A DNA stretch of 64,000 bases from a virus (taxonomy: Duplodnaviria; Caudoviricetes): IMG/VR virus record IMGVR_UViG_3300032296_002452, positions 2,006 through 66,005 of that record; one strand, 5' to 3'. The translations under genes and the position numbers were made by a program. The notes beneath the pieces were generated by a model, which was not told where the DNA came from, searched no databases, and was given only the letters and a program-made list of their open reading frames with translations. This document shows, in pieces, positions 40,090 through 49,004 of the stretch (its first letter is position 1; each line of letters opens with the position of its first letter).

Positions 40090-43000
40090 TTAGATGTCTT
40101 CGAATGAAGCACCTGTTGGTGTAATCAAGAATTCTATATCAATAAATTCTAATGATTTAGTTGGTTTCAGATAGATTTTACCAACCAATTGGTTTCTGTC
40201 CAAATCAGCAGGGTCTGAAGAAACTGTCACACGGAAATCGTACAAACCTCTGTCTCTTCTAATCGAATCCAAAATTGGGTTTACTGAATCCAAAAAGTCC
40301 TGTCTAACTTTTTCGTCGTTTTGTTCAAACAACAATCTAGCTGCGACTGCTGATATTAATTTACGTGTTTGAAGTAATAGTCTTCTAACGTTAATTCTAT
40401 CAAGAGCGGATTCTGCAACTTGTAAGGTTTTATTACCCCAAATTACAGTTCCTACATCAGCAAAAGTTGCAATTGGGTTGATTCTACCTTCATACAAAGT
40501 ATCTCTTTGTGTTTGTGTTAGTTTTAATCTTGCCTTAATTGAGTTTACCAAACCTCTTGTATAACCTGCCGATGCAAACCATGGGAATGCAATATTGTCA
40601 GTTAACGCCAAGTTTCTTGTTACTTCACCTGTTGCGGGAATATAAATTTGAGTGTTATTTACTGTATCCCTAACTAAAATCCAAGGATAATAAGTTGCGG
40701 TATAGTTTGAATCAATACCTGTTGTATTCAAATTGTCAACAGCTTCTGTTGGTAATATAATATCATCCACCGTAACTACAGGTAAATAAACATTAACATC
40801 AGGGGTTGTACAAACATATAAAGAATCTGCTCTATCCCTTTCAACCATTTCAATAGCGTTTTCTACTAAATTACCGTTGTTTACGTAATCAATACCTGGT
40901 GTAACTAATACATTTATGTTTACCGCTTCAGGATTGTTAAATGTTTGAATACCCAATAAGTAAGCGTAGTAGTCGGTGTTAGACCAGTTTGTTACGTCTT
41001 GGTCTATTGTAATAATTTTAAACATACCTTCATTTGTCGCACTTGGGTATCTGTTTAAAGCATCACAAGCCCCGTTCGCCCACCCCGAACCACCAATAAT
41101 AAACCTGTCAGTATTTGTTCTTGTTTCTCTGTAAATGTCCCAACCGTCAAAACCTCCTTGAACCAAGAATGTGAATTTACGTGATTGGATTGTGTAATAA
41201 GGGTTATTTGGATTAGTTGGGTCTGTTTGGAACGACGCATCTCCTACATCAAACATAGAAGTACCTGAAGTAGAATAAATTGCCGGAATAGTAACAACAG
41301 TCGCTCCCGAATCCATATGAAATCCTTTTGACAAATAGTTCCAAGGTAATGAGTCAACCTGACAAATGTTAGAAGGATTTAATTTACCTTTATAGGTATA
41401 ATAGTCAGGGTCCCAACCATAAGCATAAGCCGTTGAGAAACCTAAATAAGTTTGTCTGATTTTGTCGCCAGAACTATATACTGCGTTGTCACCACCTACC
41501 GCATTTCCAAAAGGAGGATTAGAGATAATTTCATTTGGGAAATTATATCTGGTTTTATAGATAGGAAATGGACTTATTGCACCTGTATACTTCCTAAAGT
41601 TGTAACCTTCAAAACCACATGGTAATGATGTTATTGGTGCGTTTTCGTTAAGTTCCAACATGATAAACTTAGACAATAAAGCGTATTCTCCGTTTGAACT
41701 ACCTATTTTTTTACCTACATAACTATTAGACGCTGGGTCCATAGTACAGTTAGTAAATCTCTCTAAGAAAACAGGATTAGAATCTGTATCGGTATAACTA
41801 CGAACACCAATATCAAATGTGCCATTTGTAAACGAAATGTTTAATATTGAAATTTTTATTTCTACGTTAGCCGAATCACCATCAGATATTGTATGTACTT
41901 TAAATAATTTAGTTACTTTAGTACCTTCTAATTGTGATACAACCCAAGGAGATTCAGCACTTTGATATCTATCTAAATACCAACCTATCGATGAAGAAGA
42001 ATTACTTCTCGCACTTGGTAGATTAACAAAACTACAATTTATACCTCTAATGTATCCTTGATTGTACGAATTATTTAAGAAGGTTGGGAACGTTTCTTCA
42101 ACAAACATTGGGACATCTCTTCTAGGTTTACCGAAGTTTGTAACACCAAAAACCCTGTCTATGTAATTAGCCGCGGATAGAGATAAAGACGTTTCAAAAC
42201 TAAAAGTAGTACTTTCAATAGTACCACCCGTAATCGCAAAAGTAGCAAAAGGATTTTTAGATATATCGCCATAGGTTGGTACGGAAGTACAATCTACTGT
42301 GGCACCTGTACAAAAATATTCAGGACCATAGTTAGAACCAACATAAGTTGCAATACCTCTTGACCTTAAAGTTGCTACAACAACATCATCATAATCACAA
42401 TAAGAAACACCTGAATAAGTATATAATGTGCCCGATACTGAACCCGAGAAACTACCACTGCCTAAATCAGTTGCTCCTGTAACGTTAATGTAAAACGAAT
42501 ATCCCGAATATGTACAATCACCTTCATTGTCAAACAAAGCGTAGTACCATTCATCATTTTGGTCATTTTCTAAATCGTTAAGTGATAAATCCACATCGTT
42601 TACACCTAAATCATTTATTTCGGTTGTATAAACAAGTGACGTATAACCCGTATAGTCATTGGTTGCAATACTACCAAAATAATCAATCGAAGTTGACGCC
42701 GCAGAAAACATACCGTCTATTGCTAAATCATATATATAATTTTGAATGTCACCACTTATTGTTGAAACACTTCCATTAAACTGTGTATATTCACCAAAAT
42801 GATTTTGAATTGGGGTAGGTAATGCGGTTAAGAAATCAATTGAAGACGAGCTTCCTGTTGTACCTGAAAAATTAAAACTAAAAGGTGTTGTTAAGTTTGA
42901 GTCTATTCCAATAGTTGTTGGGTCAACATTGGCGATTGTTGTTAAAGACCAAGACGGACCAGCGTCGTATCCTGATAATCCAAGCACTCTTGTTACAAAA

Positions 43001-43272
43001 AGTTGATTAGATTGTTGTAAATACGATTTAGCTATGTATGCTGCCTCGTATTTTGGTATTTGAGTGTTAACAAATTTTTCGGGTTGGGTTCCTCCAAAAT
43101 ACGACTGAAAATCATCATAGTTTGTGATGAAAATAGGTTCGAAAGCCGGACCTTTAATTGTTTCTCCAACAATACCGAGAGTTGTTACACCCACACTTTG
43201 AGCTACGAAGCTTAAATCTCTTTCTGACGTATACACACCAGGTGATACGAATACTTTATTTGAACTTGCCAT
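40090..43272 (-). CDS. Tail sheath protein (T4 gp18-like, 1060 aa with insertions)
   Basis: VSPGVYTSERD, TYYPWI, PWFASAGYTRG, INPI, WGNKTLQ, RINVRRLL, PTKSLEFI. Confidence 0.95.
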   Translation of the reverse strand: MASSNKVFVSPGVYTSERDLSFVAQSVGVTTLGIVGETIKGPAFEPIFITNYDDFQSYFGGTQPEKFVNTQIPKYEAAYIAKSYLQQSNQLFVTRVLGLSGYDAGPSWSLTTIANVDPTTIGIDSNLTTPFSFNFSGTTGSSSSIDFLTALPTPIQNHFGEYTQFNGSVSTISGDIQNYIYDLAIDGMFSAASTSIDYFGSIATNDYTGYTSLVYTTEINDLGVNDVDLSLNDLENDQNDEWYYALFDNEGDCTYSGYSFYINVTGATDLGSGSFSGSVSGTLYTYSGVSYCDYDDVVVATLRSRGIATYVGSNYGPEYFCTGATVDCTSVPTYGDISKNPFATFAITGGTIESTTFSFETSLSLSAANYIDRVFGVTNFGKPRRDVPMFVEETFPTFLNNSYNQGYIRGINCSFVNLPSARSNSSSSIGWYLDRYQSAESPWVVSQLEGTKVTKLFKVHTISDGDSANVEIKISILNISFTNGTFDIGVRSYTDTDSNPVFLERFTNCTMDPASNSYVGKKIGSSNGEYALLSKFIMLELNENAPITSLPCGFEGYNFRKYTGAISPFPIYKTRYNFPNEIISNPPFGNAVGGDNAVYSSGDKIRQTYLGFSTAYAYGWDPDYYTYKGKLNPSNICQVDSLPWNYLSKGFHMDSGATVVTIPAIYSTSGTSMFDVGDASFQTDPTNPNNPYYTIQSRKFTFLVQGGFDGWDIYRETRTNTDRFIIGGSGWANGACDALNRYPSATNEGMFKIITIDQDVTNWSNTDYYAYLLGIQTFNNPEAVNINVLVTPGIDYVNNGNLVENAIEMVERDRADSLYVCTTPDVNVYLPVVTVDDIILPTEAVDNLNTTGIDSNYTATYYPWILVRDTVNNTQIYIPATGEVTRNLALTDNIAFPWFASAGYTRGLVNSIKARLKLTQTQRDTLYEGRINPIATFADVGTVIWGNKTLQVAESALDRINVRRLLLQTRKLISAVAARLLFEQNDEKVRQDFLDSVNPILDSIRRDRGLYDFRVTVSSDPADLDRNQLVGKIYLKPTKSLEFIDIEFLITPTGASFEDI

Positions 43273-43307
43273 TCTGTTTTTCTTTTATTCTTTGATTTAT
43301 TTTATTG

Positions 43308-43315
43308 TATAAATA
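43308..43315 (-). promoter_or_regulatory. TATTTATA promoter-like motif for the sheath gene
   Basis: 35 nt upstream of the sheath ATG; a divergent copy lies at 43352-43359. Confidence 0.6.
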
Positions 43316-43351
43316 TCCACCAAAAACACAAAAACTTTACATTTATTAATG

Positions 43352-43388
43352 TATTTATAAATTGGGCAGATTATTTTCTGCCTAATTT
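43352..43388 (+). promoter_or_regulatory. TATTTATA motif followed by an inverted repeat (putative operator)
   Basis: TATTTATA at 43352-43359, then AAATTGGGCAGA-N6-TCTGCCTAATTT (one mismatch), directly before the ATG at 43400. Confidence 0.55.
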
Positions 43389-43399
43389 CTACCTCTGTA

Positions 43400-43564
43400 A
43401 TGGAAAAAAACACTAAGAAAATAAAGAACCTAAAAATATCCGTAGAATCACATGAAACACTAAAAAAATACTGTGATAAACGTGGACTTAAAATTTATAA
43501 ATTTTTAGAAAGTTTAATTATGGAAAAGTGTAAAGAAAAAAAAGATATATACGGAGAAAGTTAG
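43400..43564 (+). CDS. Small ribbon-helix-helix-like DNA-binding protein (54 aa)
   Basis: Not in the ORF track (<60 aa). MEKNTKKIKNLKISVESHETLKKYCDKRGLKIYKFLESLIMEKCKEKKDIYGES shows a beta-strand (KNLKI) / helix / Gly-turn / helix pattern. It has its own promoter motif and fills the gap exactly up to the convergent gene's stop. Confidence 0.75.
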   Translation: MEKNTKKIKNLKISVESHETLKKYCDKRGLKIYKFLESLIMEKCKEKKDIYGES

Positions 43565-44601
43565 ACTATTGTTGCATTCCAATTTAAAGTTGCAGCAATT
43601 CCAGATATGTTTTTTAACACATCAATTCTAAGAACATCATTAGAATTAATTTGTAAACTTGTTAAATCGGTACCGTAAAAATCACCATTAATATACACAT
43701 CATACGTTACCACATTGTCCATATCTAAAAATTCTAAATTAACTCTGTAAGGTAAATTTTTTTCAACACTTATAATTGATGGTGAATACCTATAAGGAAT
43801 AACAAATTGATTTGGATTTTCGGGATAAACATTTCTTTTTCCTCTCAATTTTTTTGTGTTTACCTCCATCATGGTCAAAGTTCTCGATATTGCGGGTTTT
43901 ACTTCAAACTCATCTTCATCAATCAGAATACCCAACATTGTGAATGAATATGTTTGGATATAAAATTTTCTTTTTTCTAAATCAACCACATCTTCATCGG
44001 CAACATTATCCAAAACAATTGGGATATAATGTCCTTTTATAAACGCATACGCCTGCCTACTTGTGAATTTTTGCATAACAATTTTATTGAATTGGTTTAA
44101 TTCTCTCATTCTGTTACACATTATTTTAACTTGATACTTAATATCAACAGGTATTGGTTGTGGAATGGTATAAACATCCGCACCTCTACGGTTTCCGTCC
44201 CAAGTAGGGACTACGGCAAATAAAAATTGTTTTCTATCGGGTATTGTATAGATTAAAGGATTAGAGCCATATTTAACTTCCGGCTCCCTAACTATTGTGA
44301 TAAAAGGTAAATCAACGTTTTTATCTATGTCTTGAAAGTTCCATGTTTCGGTAAACTGAGCCCAGTTTTGTGAAGTAATAATAATATCAACAACGGGAAC
44401 TCTTTCACCCGAAGTAACCATAGATAAATCATCTTTTACAAAATCCAACATACCCCTATCCAAGTCGTCATGTAATAACGACTTAGGTAAATAAGTCCCG
44501 TCCTTTGTGATATATTCAAGTAACTGTTCTCTTCTTGGATAAAGAGTTCTTACAGGTTCCAAAGGAAGTGTTGGTTTAACTATTTTTTTGGGTAGTGCCA
44601 T
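43561..44601 (-). CDS. Tail completion / sheath stabilizer (T4 gp15-like)
   Basis: LPFITIVR, PIPVDIKYQVKI...RELNQF; between neck and sheath genes. Confidence 0.7.
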   Translation of the reverse strand: MALPKKIVKPTLPLEPVRTLYPRREQLLEYITKDGTYLPKSLLHDDLDRGMLDFVKDDLSMVTSGERVPVVDIIITSQNWAQFTETWNFQDIDKNVDLPFITIVREPEVKYGSNPLIYTIPDRKQFLFAVVPTWDGNRRGADVYTIPQPIPVDIKYQVKIMCNRMRELNQFNKIVMQKFTSRQAYAFIKGHYIPIVLDNVADEDVVDLEKRKFYIQTYSFTMLGILIDEDEFEVKPAISRTLTMMEVNTKKLRGKRNVYPENPNQFVIPYRYSPSIISVEKNLPYRVNLEFLDMDNVVTYDVYINGDFYGTDLTSLQINSNDVLRIDVLKNISGIAATLNWNATIV

Positions 44602-45059
44602 TATTTTTTTATTTCTTTAATAATAAATAACTTGTTTCTGTGGTTTATCATTGCCACTTCAGACGCTTTATAGATTGGTTCTTGTGTTTTTTTCACAACA
44701 AAAGAATCGTGTTCATATGGATTATATGTAATAATTCTTTGATTTGGTTCGTCAGGGATTGAACCGCAAGGATATTGACAAAAATCTTTCAAATCACCTA
44801 TAACAAAAGCATGTACGTTCTTTTGTTTTTCGGACCTTACTTTTTTCTTACCACCTTGTCTAACCTTAAAAGTGACATCTGTTAATTTTACATAATCGGC
44901 ATAAAGAACAACTTTTTTATTAAGTGTTACAGAAAAGGTTTTTTTATGTAGGTTATAATAAACCTCAACCCTCTTTCCTTTCAAAGACTCCTTTTCTGAC
45001 TCTTCATTAATTTTTTTAATCAGATTTAGTATTTGGTTTTCGTTAATTGAAATGTTCAT
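44601..45059 (-). CDS. Conserved phage hypothetical protein (152 aa) with an N-terminal leader ending in INEE
   Basis: VEVYYNLHKKTFSV...FKVRQGG...QKNVHAFVIG...ITYNPY. Confidence 0.6.
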   Translation of the reverse strand: MNISINENQILNLIKKINEESEKESLKGKRVEVYYNLHKKTFSVTLNKKVVLYADYVKLTDVTFKVRQGGKKKVRSEKQKNVHAFVIGDLKDFCQYPCGSIPDEPNQRIITYNPYEHDSFVVKKTQEPIYKASEVAMINHRNKLFIIKEIKK

Positions 45060-45571
45060 TATAATCCTCTAAATTCATTCATGTTTACGGGAACCGCAAC
45101 ATAAGTTTTATAAAATGGTTTGTAACCACCATATGTATGTTTTAAATCAGATACAATCCTACCATCGTTGGCAACACTGTAATATCTAACTCTTGATTCT
45201 GTTTCATAATAGGCGATGTAATCACCAAAATCTATTGTAATAGATAAACTATCCAACTCTTTTTGATATACAGAAAAAGTCATATTACCCGGTTCTGATT
45301 GAGCAATCTTTGACGTTCCTAAAAATTTATTTTCAGGTTGTACTATTTTAACATAGGCTTTAAATTGAACAGGGGCTTGAAATTGGATTCCGTCCTGTAA
45401 AGCTTCACCATACACATCATCCACTTTGGTTTTTTGTTTGTCCACTTTGTATAAAACCAAAGTGAAGTTCATATCACCTCCAAGCCATTCCTGACCCATA
45501 TCAATATCTAAATCAAAATCTTCACCCCCAAAGAATTTACCAAGTCGGGTTATAGGTACTTTTTTTTCCAT
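45059..45571 (-). CDS. Neck / head closure protein (T4 gp14-like)
   Basis: VLYKVD...DDVYGEA, GDYIAY; located upstream of the tail completion gene. Confidence 0.65.
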   Translation of the reverse strand: MEKKVPITRLGKFFGGEDFDLDIDMGQEWLGGDMNFTLVLYKVDKQKTKVDDVYGEALQDGIQFQAPVQFKAYVKIVQPENKFLGTSKIAQSEPGNMTFSVYQKELDSLSITIDFGDYIAYYETESRVRYYSVANDGRIVSDLKHTYGGYKPFYKTYVAVPVNMNEFRGL

Positions 45572-45637
45572 ATTATTTATTAGTTGGTGTTCCTTATTGA
45601 TAAATACCTATAAATTTGTTATTTTTTATATTACCGA

Positions 45638-47392
45638 ATGATTGAAGGTGTGCGGAATACTATTGAAAGTAAGGCTCTAAATATTTTAGAAACATATGAC
45701 GGTGCCAACAATTACATATTAAAACTTCAACAAAAATCTAAATCAAACAAAAAATTCTTTCCGACAAGAAACCAAGCCGAATACATTGTAAATTATCAAC
45801 ACACAAAACCAAAGGTTGCCAAGAAATGGGTCGACCTTGACCAATACTTCGCCGAAAAAATTGCTGATGACAAAGGATATATTGAAATACCTCAGAAAAT
45901 TTATGTAGAAAAATTGTTGGTTGAAAAAGATTTATCCTTTCACATTTGGGGTAAATTTTTTGATGGTCAAGAAATATTTGATTTTTGGGTTCCAAAAGCC
46001 GCAATGTTAAAAGACAACTCAATCGAAAACGTTGAATTAGATTTTGACAAGTATTCTCACAGACCTTTAATGGACCACCAAAAAGAAGCGGTAAAAAGAT
46101 TGGTTGTTAACAGAAGATTTATTTTGGCGGATGATATGGGTTTGGGTAAAACCACCGCGACTGTTGTTGGGGCGTTAGAAACAAATGCAAAAAAAGTTTT
46201 AGTTATATGTCCTGCATCTCTGAAGATTAACTGGCAAAGAGAAATATCAAACTACACCGACAGAAGTATCGCGATTATTGACGGAAAGAAATGGGAAGAT
46301 GCCGATTTTACAATTATTAATTACGACATCATAAAGAACTTCCACGACTTTGATAATAAAGAACATTCGGTAATTTTAAATTCAAAGTTTGATTTGGTTA
46401 TTATTGATGAGGCTCACTACATTCAAAACACACAAGCCCAAAGAACAAAATTAATAAATGATTTTGTTAGAACGGTAGATAGATTGTGGCTTTTAACAGG
46501 AACCCCAATTACATCAAGACCAATTAATTACTACAATTTATTAAACCTTATTCAATCCCCCGTCGCATCAAATTGGATGGCGTATGTAAGAAGATATTGT
46601 AATGGGTATCAGTTCAGAGCGGGAAAAAGAAAAGTTTGGAACGTTAGTGGTGCGTCTAACTTGGACGAGTTAAGAGAAAGAACCCAAAGACAAGTATTAA
46701 GAAGATTAAAAGAAAACATTTTGGACCTACCTGAAAAAATTATAACACCCGTTTACTTGAGATTAAAATCAAAAGAATACGAAGAACTGATGGGTGAATA
46801 TTATGATTGGTACGACAAAAGCGGTGAAGCCGATTCATTAACAATTCAATTTTCTAAACTTACAAAAGTTCGTCAGGTAATTGCTAAAGAAAAAATAAAT
46901 GCAACTATTGAGTTAATTGAAAGTGTGTTGGAACAAGACAAGAAAGTTATTATCTTTACCAATTTTACAAATTCATTGGAATTAATTTTAGAAAAGTTTG
47001 GTAAAATTGCGGTTCGTGTTGACGGTTCTTGTTCTCAAAAAGAAAGACAATTTGCTGTTGACCAATTTCAAAACAACGAATCAATCAAGGTTTTTGTTGG
47101 AAATATAAAAGCGGCAGGTGTTGGTTTAACACTAACCGCAGGCGAAGTCGTTATTATGAACGACTTATCATTTTTACCGTCCGACCACTCACAAGCCGAA
47201 GACCGAGCATACCGTATTGGACAAAAAAATTCAGTGTTGGTTTACTATCCAATTTTTGATAACACCATAGAAGGAATTATCTATGACATACTTCAGAAGA
47301 AGAAAAATATATTTGAAACCATTATGGGTGACAATGTAGATGGGGGTGATGTGGCGTCAGAAATCTTAGATAGAATTAATAACTTTAGATAA
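45638..47392 (+). CDS. SNF2-family (SMARCAL1/HARP-like) helicase/ATPase
   Basis: ADDMGLGKT, CPASL, DEAH, LTGTP, GVGLTLT, QAEDRAYRIGQ. Confidence 0.92.
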   Translation: MIEGVRNTIESKALNILETYDGANNYILKLQQKSKSNKKFFPTRNQAEYIVNYQHTKPKVAKKWVDLDQYFAEKIADDKGYIEIPQKIYVEKLLVEKDLSFHIWGKFFDGQEIFDFWVPKAAMLKDNSIENVELDFDKYSHRPLMDHQKEAVKRLVVNRRFILADDMGLGKTTATVVGALETNAKKVLVICPASLKINWQREISNYTDRSIAIIDGKKWEDADFTIINYDIIKNFHDFDNKEHSVILNSKFDLVIIDEAHYIQNTQAQRTKLINDFVRTVDRLWLLTGTPITSRPINYYNLLNLIQSPVASNWMAYVRRYCNGYQFRAGKRKVWNVSGASNLDELRERTQRQVLRRLKENILDLPEKIITPVYLRLKSKEYEELMGEYYDWYDKSGEADSLTIQFSKLTKVRQVIAKEKINATIELIESVLEQDKKVIIFTNFTNSLELILEKFGKIAVRVDGSCSQKERQFAVDQFQNNESIKVFVGNIKAAGVGLTLTAGEVVIMNDLSFLPSDHSQAEDRAYRIGQKNSVLVYYPIFDNTIEGIIYDILQKKKNIFETIMGDNVDGGDVASEILDRINNFR

Positions 47393-47408
47393 AATGGTAA
47401 AGTCGTAT

Positions 47409-47416
47409 TATTTATA
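47409..47416 (+). promoter_or_regulatory. TATTTATA promoter-like motif for the SOD fusion gene
   Basis: Plus-strand copy upstream of a plus-strand gene, confirming the motif's orientation. Confidence 0.6.
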
Positions 47417-47440
47417 ATGAAATAAAAATACGATTAGATA

Positions 47441-48985
47441 ATGAAAAATTTAGTTAACAGAGTTCAAGAATTAGAAGAAGAAATTCTAATTAAAGAAGCA
47501 CTTAAAGAAACTCGTAAAAGAAACGAAAAAGCCACAAACCAAGCAAGAAAAATCAAAGTAGAAAAATTACCCTACGGTTACGATTCCTTAAAAAAGTTTA
47601 TTGACCCCGAAACAATGGATGTTCATTACAACAAACATTATAAGGGATATGTTGATAAACTTAACAACGCTCTTGAAAACAAAGACGCGCCTGATGACTT
47701 AGAAAAGATTGTTCAGGGAATTAAAAAGTACAACAAAACAATTAGGAACAATGCGGGAGGTGCTTACAATCACCAACTTTTTTGGAATATGTTAACACCA
47801 AAAAAAATGACACCAAGAGGTGAGATTGCAAAACACATCAACAAAAATTTTGGTTCGTTTGTTTCATTTAAGAAAAAATTTGAGACCATTGCCAAAGAAA
47901 GATTTGGTTCAGGATGGGTTTGGTTGGTAATGACTGACGATGAAAAGTTAAAGATTATGTCCACACCAAATCAGGACAATCCAATAATGAATACAATCGA
48001 AGGTGGGGGTTATCCTTTATTGGGTTTGGATTTATGGGAACATGCATATTACCTTAGATACAGAAACAAAAGAGATGAATACATCAAAAACTTTTGGAAT
48101 GTTGTGAATTGGGACTATGTTGATAACTCGTTGAAAAGTAAATTAAAGATACCGATAAAGGAATCAATTAAACCCTTTATCTTTGAATCTATGGAACCAA
48201 AAATGTGTCCTTCACCTGTAACAAAAAAATACGAAAGTTTTTTAAACTCACATCCTGACCTTTACGAAGAATATAGAAAAGACATTGATAGATATGTGCA
48301 AGATAAGTTTTCTTCACTGTTCAAAAAAGCAACAAAAGAACAAGGTCAAGGTGTTTATAACTTTGAAGGTAGTGAAGGTAAAAGGTCTTTGATTAACAAC
48401 TTTAACACAAACATTGCGGTTTTTTGTTATTTGGCCGAAGAAATTAACAAAAAAGTTAAATCTTTAGGTAGACCCGAATTTACATATCTAACCGCAAAAT
48501 CAGAAGAAGAAAAAATTAAAGAATTTACAAGATACCGTAGAGCGTTAAAATATTTCAAAGCAGAAATATTTGACACAAACGGAGAATTGTTTAAAAATAT
48601 TATGTCGATTTTGGACAAAATTTATTCTGCAGGTGAAAGAAGGGAAGCTCGTGTTATTACCAAAATGAGAGAAATTATGGGTGAAGAAAATGTTGACCAC
48701 ACAGGGGGACATGGAAACCAAGAAGACTTTAAAGGAAACGATGCAAAATTCATGAAAGATGGTAAATGGCATACCGCACAGATAAAGCCTTTTTGGAAAA
48801 TGTTGAAAACAAAAGACAATACATATGAAGTTTATTCATCAGGTAAAATAACCAAATACAGAACCGATTGGATGATATTTGAAAATGAAAAATCAGGTGT
48901 AAAAGTTTTCAAAAATGATTTAATAGAAATTGGTGACGGGTTTTATGTATTCTCAGTAGACTCTCTTTTGTATTCAATATCATAA
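47441..48985 (+). CDS. sod: Fe/Mn superoxide dismutase (Mn-type signature) fused to a C-terminal PD-(D/E)xK-like domain
   Basis: LPYGYDSL, HYNKHY..Y, NNAGGAYNH, FGSGWVWL, NQDNP, DLWEHAYY (all four metal ligands present); C-terminal GERRE...GND...AQIK. Confidence 0.88.
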   Translation: MKNLVNRVQELEEEILIKEALKETRKRNEKATNQARKIKVEKLPYGYDSLKKFIDPETMDVHYNKHYKGYVDKLNNALENKDAPDDLEKIVQGIKKYNKTIRNNAGGAYNHQLFWNMLTPKKMTPRGEIAKHINKNFGSFVSFKKKFETIAKERFGSGWVWLVMTDDEKLKIMSTPNQDNPIMNTIEGGGYPLLGLDLWEHAYYLRYRNKRDEYIKNFWNVVNWDYVDNSLKSKLKIPIKESIKPFIFESMEPKMCPSPVTKKYESFLNSHPDLYEEYRKDIDRYVQDKFSSLFKKATKEQGQGVYNFEGSEGKRSLINNFNTNIAVFCYLAEEINKKVKSLGRPEFTYLTAKSEEEKIKEFTRYRRALKYFKAEIFDTNGELFKNIMSILDKIYSAGERREARVITKMREIMGEENVDHTGGHGNQEDFKGNDAKFMKDGKWHTAQIKPFWKMLKTKDNTYEVYSSGKITKYRTDWMIFENEKSGVKVFKNDLIEIGDGFYVFSVDSLLYSIS

Positions 48986-48992
48986 TTGTTGA

Positions 48993-49000
48993 TATTTATA
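48993..49000 (+). promoter_or_regulatory. TATTTATA promoter-like motif for the neck gene
   Basis: 4 nt upstream of the ATG at 49005. Confidence 0.6.
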
Positions 49001-49004
49001 TGGT

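Noticed and set aside
13800-43272. Bacterial extracellular contractile injection system or tailocin rather than a phage
   Set aside because: Neck/head-closure genes, a phage replisome, RNR and a family B polymerase are interleaved with the tail genes, indicating a lytic phage genome.
47402-47433. Imperfect inverted repeat TCGTATT...AATACGA around the SOD promoter motif
   Set aside because: It is short, AT-rich and bulged, and cannot be distinguished from chance without homolog comparison.
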